DNA of 64,000 bases from an uncultured Elusimicrobia bacterium (GCA_964482515.1 CAYZXT010000009.1:16251-80250), one strand, 5' to 3'. Positions 23,199-30,526 are shown, counted from the stretch's first letter. A program made the numbers and translations. Notes: generated from the letters alone by a model not told the origin.

Positions 23199-24242
23199 AT
23201 GCCGAAAGAATCCATCCCCTCGGTCGCCCATCCCGCCTACGCCAAGCTCCGTTCCGCCGTCCACAAAACCCTCCTCCTCGGTCAGAAACAAATCGAACAA
23301 GCCAAAGTCCGTACCTACTACGAAACCGGAAAACACATCCAAGAACATATCGCCCGCTACGGTTCGCGCTCCGAGCATTACGGCGCTCAAGTGGTGGAGA
23401 AGCTTTCGGTTGATTTGGGGATTAGCACCCGGGTCTTGCGGCAGTGTGTGCAGTTCGCCCGGAACTTCAAGATTGTGAACGCGCGTTCACAATCTTTGCC
23501 GGCCCAATTGCCTTGGACGCATTACCGTCAACTGATGACCATTCCGGATGAGGACGCGCGGATTTCCCTGATGAAAAGGGCCGAGAAGTCCGAATGGAGC
23601 GAACGCCAGCTGGCGGAGAAGATCCGCCTTGAGGTGCGAGAAGCAAAGTCCCCGTCAACCAACGGCGGGCATAGTTCAATGGTAGAAAAGAAGTATCCCA
23701 AGCTCATTCCCAAGCGCGGCGAGCTTTACACGTACCGCCTCATTGCGCCGGAAGCGGTTGATGGCGAAGCGGGTCTGTGGATTGATTTGGGTTTCCAGGT
23801 GCGGCGCACCTTTCCACAAACAGGTGCCATGGCTAGCGCCAAGGGCGGACAGATCGTGGAATCCAAAAAGACGGGGGAAATCTATTCCGCGGTCCCGTCC
23901 AAGCGGACGGAGGCGGACTTGTTCACCTTCCAGGCGCCGGTGGAGCGGGTGGTGGACGGCGACACGCTGATCGTGAACGTCGACCTGGGGTTCGACACGG
24001 GCGTGCGGCAATACCTGCGGTTGCGCGGCATCAATTGCCCGGAGCTGGACACGCCGGAGGGCAAGCGGGCCAAGGCCTTCGTGGAAAAGGAATTGGGGAA
24101 AGCGCGGCGGATCATCCTGACGAGCTCCCGGTCCGACAAGTACGACCGCTACCTGGCGGACGTGTTTATTGAGTCCACCAACGGCGAACGATATCTGAAC
24201 CAGGCGCTGCTGGACGAAGGCCTCGCGGTCCGGATGGAATAG
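23199..24242 (+). CDS. DUF1016_N domain fused to a staphylococcal-nuclease (SNase)-like domain
   Basis: The N-terminal 150 aa parallels the YhcG N-domain (…WTHYRQLMTIPDEDARISLMKRAEKSEWSERQLAEKI). The C-terminus reads VVDGDTLIVNVDLGF...YLRLRGINCPELDTPEGKRAKAFVEKEL...DKYDRYLADVFI...YLNQALLDEGLAV. Confidence 0.75.
   Translation: MPKESIPSVAHPAYAKLRSAVHKTLLLGQKQIEQAKVRTYYETGKHIQEHIARYGSRSEHYGAQVVEKLSVDLGISTRVLRQCVQFARNFKIVNARSQSLPAQLPWTHYRQLMTIPDEDARISLMKRAEKSEWSERQLAEKIRLEVREAKSPSTNGGHSSMVEKKYPKLIPKRGELYTYRLIAPEAVDGEAGLWIDLGFQVRRTFPQTGAMASAKGGQIVESKKTGEIYSAVPSKRTEADLFTFQAPVERVVDGDTLIVNVDLGFDTGVRQYLRLRGINCPELDTPEGKRAKAFVEKELGKARRIILTSSRSDKYDRYLADVFIESTNGERYLNQALLDEGLAVRME
23809..23845 (-). repeat. 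Dispersed island repeat, copy D (inverted, inside a CDS)
   Basis: The reverse complement reads CCCTTGGCGCTAGCCATGGCACCTGTTTGTGGAAAGG. On the + strand it encodes TFPQTGAMASAKG in the linker of the DUF1016_N-SNase protein. Confidence 0.65.
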
Positions 24243-24248
24243 CCCTCC

Positions 24249-24303
24249 CAATCTTCATCCCTCCTTCAGTCGTTCTTCAGACTTAAAAAGTAATCTCTCC
24301 TCC
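24249..24303 (+). promoter_or_regulatory. Conserved ORF6N leader, copy L2
   Basis: CAATCTTCATCCCTCCTTCAGTCGTTCTTCAGACTTAAAAAGTAATCTCTCCTCC, followed by an ATG (24304) that hits a stop after 4 codons. Confidence 0.7.
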
Positions 24304-24334
24304 ATGAATTGTGCATGATGAATGGGAGGACTAG

Positions 24335-24359
24335 AGGTGGTCGCAAATTGCGACCGCCT
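24335..24359. repeat. Near-perfect palindrome in the ORF6N-2 5' region, sharing a 17-nt core with the copy-1 in-gene palindrome
   Basis: AGGTGGTCGCAA-A-TTGCGACCGCCT has one T:G mismatch. The core GGTCGCAAATTGCGACC (24339-24355) is identical to 2035-2051. Confidence 0.8.
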
Positions 24360-24386
24360 TCGACCACTCAAATTCTTGGAGGTTTT

Positions 24387-24914
24387 ATGCGAGCTGTAAT
24401 GAAAACCGAACACATTCAATCGATGATATTCCTGATTCGCGGGCGCAAGGTCATGTTGGACCGTGATTTGGCGGCGCTTTATGGCATTGCCACAAAGGTC
24501 CTTAAGCAGGCTGTTAAGCGGAATCATTTGCGATTCCCGGAGGATTTCATGTTTGAACTGTCTGCGGAAGAGCAGTCAAATTGGAGGTCACAATTTGTGA
24601 CCTCCAATTCTTCCCTGAATAAGGGACTCCGGTGGCGTTCAATGGCATTCACTGAGTATGGTGTGGCCATGCTTTCCGGCGTTCTGAAAAGTGAAAGGGC
24701 CGTTCAGGTTAATATCGCCATCGTTCGGGCATTTATCGACATGCGGCGGATGATTTCGGAAACACGAGGGTTGGCGGAGAAATTGGCGGAGCATGAGAAA
24801 AAGATCGGGGGACTGGCGAACGATGTCCGGCATATGTTCGACCTGCTACAGCCGTTGCTGGATGGACCCACTAAAAAACCCGGGAAGATCGGGTTCGGAA
24901 TGCGACAGATTTAG
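24387..24914 (+). CDS. ORF6N domain protein, copy 2 (apparently intact)
   Basis: MRAVMKTEHIQSMIFLIRGRKVMLDRDLAALYGIATKVLKQAVKRNHLRFPEDFMFELSAEEQSNWRSQFVTSN...[35 protein letters not shown] lies 4 nt before ATG 24387; the frame is open from 24309. Confidence 0.85.
   Translation: MRAVMKTEHIQSMIFLIRGRKVMLDRDLAALYGIATKVLKQAVKRNHLRFPEDFMFELSAEEQSNWRSQFVTSNSSLNKGLRWRSMAFTEYGVAMLSGVLKSERAVQVNIAIVRAFIDMRRMISETRGLAEKLAEHEKKIGGLANDVRHMFDLLQPLLDGPTKKPGKIGFGMRQI
24579..24609. repeat. Perfect 31-nt palindrome inside ORF6N copy 2 (15-bp arms)
   Basis: AATTGGAGGTCACAA-T-TTGTGACCTCCAATT, checked base by base. It encodes NWRSQFVTSN. Confidence 0.9.
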
Positions 24915-25570
24915 CGGGCGATGAGGGCGTTGTACGCCCGGATGGCGGCGTAGGCGTCGTTGGCGGCGTAGAGGAGTTGCAGTTCGCTGAGGATCGGGAG
25001 CCCCCAGTTGGACGTGCCCTGCTTTTTGGATTTGAGGAAGCGTTGTTTGAAGAGCAGCGCGATGCCCACCTTGGAGCCCACGCCGCGGCCGAAGCCCTTT
25101 TCGGCGAAGAGCGTTTCGAGGTCCACCACGCCGTGGGGCTCGACGCGCAGTTTCTTGCGGATGCGCGACAGGTCGTCCCCCAGGCCGAAACCCACTTTTT
25201 TGAGGCTCTTAAAAGAGATGAGTTCGGCGGCGGCCTGGCGGCATTCCGGCTGGTTCAGCATGAACACGTAGCCGCGCGTGGCGGTGGCGAACTGGACGAC
25301 GTGGGGGCCGGTGGAGACCTGTCCTTTATGGAAGGTGGGTTTGGATTCGGTGTCGAAGCCCACCACGCTTTCGGCCGCGAGCTCCTTGAACGCCCGCTGC
25401 GCGAGGGCCGGCGTGTTCACCGCGAGGATGTCCCCGCGGCGCAGGGCGTGGAACGGCGGAAGGGCCGCCATTTCCTCGCGCGTGGGCCAGTGGGCCGGGC
25501 GCTGGCGGTTCGGGACGCGCGGCGGCGCGGAGGGTTTGAACAGTTTTTTGAGCCAGCGGCGGATGACCAA
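24911..25570 (-). CDS. 3'-5' exonuclease, DEDDy (RNase D / WRN-exo-like) family
   Basis: VVGFDTESKP (DxE), KKVGFGLGDDLSRI and LLYAANDAYAAIRAY (Yx3D). Confidence 0.75.
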   Translation of the reverse strand: MVIRRWLKKLFKPSAPPRVPNRQRPAHWPTREEMAALPPFHALRRGDILAVNTPALAQRAFKELAAESVVGFDTESKPTFHKGQVSTGPHVVQFATATRGYVFMLNQPECRQAAAELISFKSLKKVGFGLGDDLSRIRKKLRVEPHGVVDLETLFAEKGFGRGVGSKVGIALLFKQRFLKSKKQGTSNWGLPILSELQLLYAANDAYAAIRAYNALIAR

Positions 25571-25576
25571 GGGGGA

Positions 25577-26212
25577 TTACGGTTTCCGGAACAGCGAGGC
25601 GTCCACCGGGCCGGGGGTGAACTCGACGGCTTCCTCGGTCCGCCGGAAGACGGTGGTGTTGGCCTGGGAGGAGTGCAAAACGATTTCGGCCTTCAGGACC
25701 GCGCCCGTCTCGGCGTCCACCCAGGCGTCGACGCTGCGCACGGAGTCCGGCAATTTCACCTTGGCGTGGTAGCGCCGGGCCTTGCGGCCCGCCACTGTTT
25801 CGGTCTCGCCCGCCTCGCCGGTGTAGGCCTTCCGCCAGAAGCGGATCTCGTGGAGCTCCGCCTCCGTGGGTTTGTGGGAATACTCGGAGGGCTCCGTGGC
25901 GTGCGCGCCGTCGGGCGAAGGGGCGTAGACGATCTTTTCGAACAGGGTCTCGCCGTCGAAGAACCGCGTCACCTTGTATTCGGCGGGGGGCGCCATGAAG
26001 CGGTCCTCCCGCGCGTCGGCCTCGGTGCGGAAGCGCTTCCCGTCGGTGTGGATCCTGACGCGCTCCGCGGTTTTCGTGCCGGCCGTTTCGTTCTCCCGGA
26101 TGACCGTCCAGGTGCCGCTGAAGGGCGAGTCCTGGACGCGGCTGGGCGAGCATTTCTTGAGCAGGAAAGCGAAGGCGGCGACGGCGAGGACGGCCAGGAG
26201 CAGGTTCTTCAT
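25577..26212 (-). CDS. Exported or anchored protein of unknown function
   Basis: It begins MKNLLLAVLAVAAFAFLLKKCSPS and is soluble and beta-rich afterwards. There is a 6-nt gap to the downstream exonuclease gene. Confidence 0.5.
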   Translation of the reverse strand: MKNLLLAVLAVAAFAFLLKKCSPSRVQDSPFSGTWTVIRENETAGTKTAERVRIHTDGKRFRTEADAREDRFMAPPAEYKVTRFFDGETLFEKIVYAPSPDGAHATEPSEYSHKPTEAELHEIRFWRKAYTGEAGETETVAGRKARRYHAKVKLPDSVRSVDAWVDAETGAVLKAEIVLHSSQANTTVFRRTEEAVEFTPGPVDASLFRKP

Positions 26213-26287
26213 GGCCTGATTGTAAGAAACAACCGCCGCCGGTTCAAGGGCGGAGATTCACCCGACCCGCTTCCGAGGCCTTCCTCC

Positions 26288-26344
26288 CAATCTTCATCCT
26301 CCCTCCCGCGGTTCTTCAGAATCAAAAAGTAACCTTTCCTGCGG
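26288..26344 (+). promoter_or_regulatory. Conserved ORF6N leader, copy L3
   Basis: CAATCTTCATCCTCCCTCCCGCGGTTCTTCAGAATCAAAAAGTAACCTTTCCTGCGG is fused directly to mid-gene ORF6N sequence. Confidence 0.7.
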
Positions 26345-26551
26345 TTCCCGGAAGATTTCGCATTTCGCCTGAATAAAGAGGAATATGAGTCTTTAAGATT
26401 CCAAACTGGAATCTTAAAGAGAGGACAGCACGCCAAGTATCTGCCATTGGTATTCACTGAGCAAGGCGTTGCCATGCTCTCGAGCGTTCTCCGGAGCAAA
26501 CAGGCGGTTCAAGTGAACATCGCCATCATGCGAGTTCCCCTACTCCCTTGA
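26333..26551 (+). pseudogene. ORF6N relic (copy 3), lacking both the N-terminal and C-terminal parts
   Basis: A frame without a start codon reads ...[64 protein letters not shown], then PLLP*. The IRG.KVMLD.DLA..YGV N-terminal segment is missing. Confidence 0.8.
26390..26420. repeat. Perfect 14-bp-arm palindrome inside the ORF6N relic
   Basis: TCTTTAAGATTCCA-AAC-TGGAATCTTAAAGA, checked base by base. It encodes [11 protein letters not shown]. Confidence 0.9.
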
Positions 26552-26577
26552 TAGTAAGTAGCTTATAAACTACACTT

Positions 26578-26925
26578 ATGGAGGCCGGGTTGGAAATCAA
26601 ACCCCTGAAGATTGAATATTATTACGCGAGGGATGGCCGGGTTCCCTATAGGGAATGGTTTTATTCCTTGAAAGATATGAAAACCCGGCAGATTATCATT
26701 GCACGCTTAACGCGGGTGGAGCGGGGATTGTTGGGAGATTCTAAGTCCATTGGTTCGGGCGTTCATGAACTCCGGATTGATAAAGGACCAGGATATCGTA
26801 TTTATTTTGGACGACAGGGCGATCACGTCATCCTGCTTTTATTAGGCGGCACTAAGAGCAGCCAAAGGAAAGACATTGAAAAAGCCCATGATTATTGGGT
26901 GGATTATTTAAGGAGACAAGGATGA
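26578..26925 (+). CDS. Addiction-module killer protein (RelE/HigB-like, COG3657-type)
   Basis: ...DGRVPYREWFYSLKDMKTRQIIIARLTRVERGLLGDSKSIGSGVHELRIDKGPGYRIYFGRQGDHVILLLLGGTKSSQRKDIEKA. Confidence 0.8.
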   Translation: MEAGLEIKPLKIEYYYARDGRVPYREWFYSLKDMKTRQIIIARLTRVERGLLGDSKSIGSGVHELRIDKGPGYRIYFGRQGDHVILLLLGGTKSSQRKDIEKAHDYWVDYLRRQG

Positions 26926-27236
26926 AGAAGCCCACGTACCATGAAGATCTCATTGAAAGCTTGAAGGACCCTAAATACGCCTTGGGGTATCTGAACGCCT
27001 GTTTGGAAGATGAGGACGAAGGGGTGTTCCTCCTGGCATTGAAGCATGTGGCCGAAGCCCATGGCGGGTTGAGCGGACTGGCGAAGAAAACGGGATTGAA
27101 CCGGGAACATCTTTTTCGAATGTTGTCCAAGAACGGGAATCCGCGCCTGGAAAACCTGCGGCAGGTGGCCGGCGCGTTCGGGTGGAAGATCCGCTTCGTG
27201 GAGATGAAATCCCCGAAACTGCGCCGCGCCGCTTAA
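26922..27236 (+). CDS. Addiction-module antidote protein (HigA-family HTH)
   Basis: MKKPTYHEDLIESLKDPKYALGYLNACLEDEDEGVFLLALKHVAEAHGGLSGLAKKTGLNREHLFRMLSKNGNPRLENL. It has an ATGA start/stop overlap with the toxin gene. Confidence 0.8.
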   Translation: MKKPTYHEDLIESLKDPKYALGYLNACLEDEDEGVFLLALKHVAEAHGGLSGLAKKTGLNREHLFRMLSKNGNPRLENLRQVAGAFGWKIRFVEMKSPKLRRAA

Positions 27237-27253
27237 GCCCCGCCCGGTTTCCG

Positions 27254-27451
27254 TCAGATTTCGAACTTGTGCCGTCCCACCAGCACGCTCTCCGCGTGCT
27301 CGATCCGGTAGGCCCCCGGGTCCCGCAGGAATTCCGCCTTGCACTCCGGGCTGCAGAAATAAACCGTCCAGCCGCCGGAGAGCGTTTGTTCCGTGTGCAG
27401 CGCGAAATCGAGCTGTCGTCCGCAAACAGGGTCTTTGACCATGGCGATCAC
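27254..27451 (-). CDS. YHS/TRASH-type small metal-binding domain protein
   Basis: VKDPVCGRQLD...YFCSPECKAEFLRDPGAY. Confidence 0.55.
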   Translation of the reverse strand: MIAMVKDPVCGRQLDFALHTEQTLSGGWTVYFCSPECKAEFLRDPGAYRIEHAESVLVGRHKFEI

Positions 27452-27604
27452 CTCTGGAAAAAAATCGAAGGGGGGTCCTGTTGATTGGTGGGAAAGCGTG
27501 GGGGCGTCTCTACTTCTAGTTTAGCAAACCCGCCGGGGGATTGGTCGCCTGGACATAAGTTGTTTTCCGGGCAAGACTTATCCGCGAGTTCTATAATACT
27601 CCCC

Positions 27605-28528
27605 ATGCCCTCGAGCCGCACGTTTCAAAGGATGGTTTTGCTGGCCGCTTTCTTCGCGTCCGCGCCCGGATTTGTCTTCGCGGCGCCGGAGGAAGCGTCG
27701 ACCGCCGAACGGCAGCGGCACCACCAGCTGGGCGTCGACGTGGGGTCCGACGTCGATCCCGACATCCTGTCGCCCTCCGCGCCCCAGGGCCTCGACCGCC
27801 GCTTCGAGTGGGACTACCGCTTCGTGATCAGGGAAGATCGGGCGGGCGTCAACGCCCAATACCACAATCCCAAACGCCTTCAAAAACTCAGCTTCAGCTA
27901 CCGCCAACGCATGGACTTCCCCAGTCGCGCGGGGCTGGGCCCGACGCGAAACCGCCTGTACAAATCCCTCGGCCAGAAGACGCGCTCGCGGGACGTGAGC
28001 GGCTACGTGGCGGGATCCGCCTTGGTGTTGAACCCCTATTGGGGGATCAGCCTGGTGCACGACGAATATGTGAAAGACAACGCCAACGAGCTTTTCAACC
28101 AGCACGCCACGACCCTTGGGCTGGGCTACAGTCCCCTGGGCGACAACCGGGGCCGGCCCTGGAGCTACACCATTGATCCTTCCGTGACCTACGCGCGGTT
28201 CCACGGGCTCAAACCGGTGCCCAACCAGCATTGGGAAAGCTTCGGCTATTCCCTCGGATCAAGCTTCTATTACGGCCTCGACTGGGTCCGCGTTCCCCTC
28301 GGGCGGTCGTTCAAATTGGACCGCCTGAAGCTGAGCGTGTCCGTGTCCGACGCCGAGGTTTCGGACTTCGCGATCAACGGGGGCGTCGACCTGACGGCCT
28401 ACGCCACCCGCCACATCAAGCTGAAGCTGGGCGTCGAAAACAGCTACACGCCCGAAACGGGGAAGCATTCCTTCCGCCTGCGCGCGGGGCTGAGCCTGCG
28501 GCTGACCTGGTCCGACCTGAACTTCTGA
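27605..28528 (+). CDS. Outer-membrane beta-barrel protein, unknown function
   Basis: Taken from the internal ATG: MPSSRTFQRMVLLAAFFASAPGFVFAAPEE (signal peptide). It ends ...LSLRLTWSDLNF. Confidence 0.55.
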   Translation: MPSSRTFQRMVLLAAFFASAPGFVFAAPEEASTAERQRHHQLGVDVGSDVDPDILSPSAPQGLDRRFEWDYRFVIREDRAGVNAQYHNPKRLQKLSFSYRQRMDFPSRAGLGPTRNRLYKSLGQKTRSRDVSGYVAGSALVLNPYWGISLVHDEYVKDNANELFNQHATTLGLGYSPLGDNRGRPWSYTIDPSVTYARFHGLKPVPNQHWESFGYSLGSSFYYGLDWVRVPLGRSFKLDRLKLSVSVSDAEVSDFAINGGVDLTAYATRHIKLKLGVENSYTPETGKHSFRLRAGLSLRLTWSDLNF

Positions 28529-28542
28529 CGATAAACACTGTT

Positions 28543-28562
28543 GCCGCATCGTGCGGCTTTTG
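28543..28562 (+). terminator. Intrinsic terminator
   Basis: GCCGCA-tcg-TGCGGC-TTTTGG, 15 nt after the stop at 28528. Confidence 0.55.
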
Positions 28563-28634
28563 GTATCTTTCCTCCGTGCCGTCCATCCCCGGCCCGACTC
28601 TCCCCACTCAAAAGAAAATGGAACCCATCTAAAC

Positions 28635-29531
28635 ATGCAAAACCGACACCAAGACGATAACGAACGCCGGTTCTACGCCGGACAAGCCGTCGATCCCTCG
28701 CCCCGCATCCGCCTCGAAGACGGCAGCTCGGAGCTGACCATGCGCGCCATGGACCTGGTGAGCCCCATCGGCATGGGGCAGCGCGGCTACATCGTCGCGC
28801 CGCCGGGTTCCGGCAAGACCACTTTCCTCAAGCACATCTGCAACGCCGTGGCGAAGTCCCACCCGGAGATCAAGCTTTACTGCCTGCTGATCAACGAGCG
28901 GCCGGAGGAAGTGACGGACTTCAAGCGGAGCGTGACGGCCGAAGTGCGGGCGTCGTCCTCCGACGAGAGCTACGAGCACCACGCGCAGATGGCGGACGCG
29001 CTGATGCGGCAGGCCATCCGCGAGGCGGGCGAGGGGAAAAACGTGATGATCGTGATCGATTCGCTGACGCGGCTGGCGCGGGTGCACAACGCGCAGCGGC
29101 ATTCCAGCGGGCGCACCATGTCCGGCGGCCTGGACTCCGGGGCGCTGGAAATCCCGCGGCGGATCTTCGGCGCGGCGCGGAAGATCGAGAACGGCGGTTC
29201 CCTGACGATCCTGGCGACGGTGCTCGTGGAGACCGGCAGCCGAATGGACGACGTGATCTTCGAGGAGTTCAAGGGCACGGGCAACATGGAAATATTTCTG
29301 TCGCGGGAGATGTCCAGCCTGCGGATCTTCCCGGCGGTGGACATCGCCAAGAGCGGCACCCGCAAGGAAGAGCTGCTGTTCGACGCCGACGAGCTCGACG
29401 CGGTGCGGAAACTGCGCCGGGCGCTGTCCCAGATGAAGCCCGTGGACGCGGCGCGGGAGCTCGTCGACCAGTTGAAAAGCTATCCCACCAACAAGGCGTT
29501 CCTCGCCGCGGTCAAAAGCTCCGGGATTTAA
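28635..29531 (+). CDS. Rho-like RecA-type ATPase lacking the N-terminal primary RNA-binding domain
   Basis: MQNRHQDDNERRFYAGQAVDPSPRIRLEDGSSELTMRAMDLVSPIGMGQRGYIVAPPGSGKTT (Walker A), VMIVIDSLTRLARVHN (Walker B), a Q-loop-like RHSSGRTMSGGLDSGAL, an R-loop-like TGSRMDDVIFEEFKGTGN, and FPAVDIAKSGTRKEELL. It is only about 298 aa. The sequence upstream in frame is not NTD-like. Confidence 0.8.
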   Translation: MQNRHQDDNERRFYAGQAVDPSPRIRLEDGSSELTMRAMDLVSPIGMGQRGYIVAPPGSGKTTFLKHICNAVAKSHPEIKLYCLLINERPEEVTDFKRSVTAEVRASSSDESYEHHAQMADALMRQAIREAGEGKNVMIVIDSLTRLARVHNAQRHSSGRTMSGGLDSGALEIPRRIFGAARKIENGGSLTILATVLVETGSRMDDVIFEEFKGTGNMEIFLSREMSSLRIFPAVDIAKSGTRKEELLFDADELDAVRKLRRALSQMKPVDAARELVDQLKSYPTNKAFLAAVKSSGI

Positions 29532-29554
29532 CCCTCCGAAACGGCAAACCTGCC

Positions 29555-30085
29555 ATGGAACTCAAAAGCGTCGCGGCAACCCTGAAGCGATGGGGGATGA
29601 TCGTCCTCGGCGCGTCGGTCATATTTTCATTTTGCGCGGGCATCGTGACGATGCTCGGCGCGGTCAACGAATTGCGCCTGATGAAGGCGGCCCGCTCCTG
29701 GGAAGGGCGTCCCGGGATCATCCGGGTGTCCTACGCGCGCGAACTCCGGGGCCCCGCCGTCAAGAAACCCCGTTGGAAGGTGGAAGCGGCGGGGGATTAC
29801 GCCGACGGATCGGGGTCCTTCGCCGTCATGCGTTTGGCGTACGGGTTCGGCAACGGCGGCGGCACGCGGAGGCGCGGCGCGGAAGCGGCGGCGAAGCGTT
29901 ATCCTCCGGGGACGGAACTGACGGTCTATCCCGCGCCCGGACGTCCGAAATGGGTTGTCCTGGACAACGACCCGCCCGCGCGGCTCACGTACGCCGGGCT
30001 GTTGGCGGGGTTCGCGGGGGCGCTGCTGCCTTTTATTTTGTTCTTCCTGGGAACTTTCCGGCGCCGGGCCCGTTCTCAGGGATGA
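29555..30085 (+). CDS. Two-TM membrane protein (DUF3592-like)
   Basis: It has an N-terminal TM (MIVLGASVIFSFCAGIVTMLGAV), a beta-rich middle, and a C-terminal TM (YAGLLAGFAGALLPFILFFLGTF). Confidence 0.45.
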   Translation: MELKSVAATLKRWGMIVLGASVIFSFCAGIVTMLGAVNELRLMKAARSWEGRPGIIRVSYARELRGPAVKKPRWKVEAAGDYADGSGSFAVMRLAYGFGNGGGTRRRGAEAAAKRYPPGTELTVYPAPGRPKWVVLDNDPPARLTYAGLLAGFAGALLPFILFFLGTFRRRARSQG

Positions 30086-30115
30086 TATACCTCACATTCT
30101 AATTTAGGTATTCTC

Positions 30116-30144
30116 TTGACAAGAATAATGTTTCCTGGTATAAA
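30116..30144 (+). promoter_or_regulatory. Sigma70-type promoter (TTGACA-17 nt-TATAAA)
   Basis: TTGACA 30116-30121, a 17-nt spacer, TATAAA 30139-30144, and AGGAGG before ATG 30169. Confidence 0.65.
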
Positions 30145-30168
30145 ATAACCGTCGCCAGGAGGCGGGCC

Positions 30169-30501
30169 ATGGGCAGGGTCGCGGTCTATTCGGTTTCGGT
30201 GGTCAAGCGGGAGAGGAACACTCCGGTCTACAACATCGGCGTGATGTCGCGGCTGACCGGGCTTCCCGTGCACACGCTGCGGTGGATCGAGCAGCAGGGG
30301 CTGATCTCCCCGTTCCGGACCGACGGAAACCAAAGGCTCTTTTCGGAGGAGGATGCGGACTTGATCCAGCGGATCCGCGAGTTGATGGACCAGCACGTCA
30401 ACCTGCCGGGGATTCGGATCATCCTCCAGCTGAAGACGGGAAAAGCCGGGGCTTCCCGGCCGGCGCAGAAAACAAAACGGCCAGCCCGACCGCCCAAGTA
30501 G
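30169..30501 (+). CDS. MerR-family transcriptional regulator (heat-shock HspR-like context)
   Basis: YNIGVMSRLTGLPVHTLRWIEQQGLISPFRTDGNQRLFSEEDADLIQRIRELM. It lies directly upstream of two hsp20 genes. Confidence 0.8.
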   Translation: MGRVAVYSVSVVKRERNTPVYNIGVMSRLTGLPVHTLRWIEQQGLISPFRTDGNQRLFSEEDADLIQRIRELMDQHVNLPGIRIILQLKTGKAGASRPAQKTKRPARPPK

Positions 30502-30526
30502 GGTCTATATTTTTTTACCGCATAAA

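Noticed and set aside
24249-24303. Minus-strand reading of the ORF6N leaders: conserved GGAGG(G)ATGAAGA(T/A)T looks like an SD plus ATG for small antisense ORFs (MKIGR.../MKNSG...)
   Set aside because: The SD-like block abuts the ATG with 0-1 nt spacing, which is non-functional geometry. The downstream peptides are unrelated in length and sequence (17, 30 and about 59 aa).
16700-27460. Integron-like reading of the island, with the short repeats as attC sites
   Set aside because: There is no intI-like integrase and no attI. The repeats lack the R''/L''...L'/R' inverted-core organisation (no GTTRRRY cores). The cassettes carry their own SDs or promoters and occur in both orientations.
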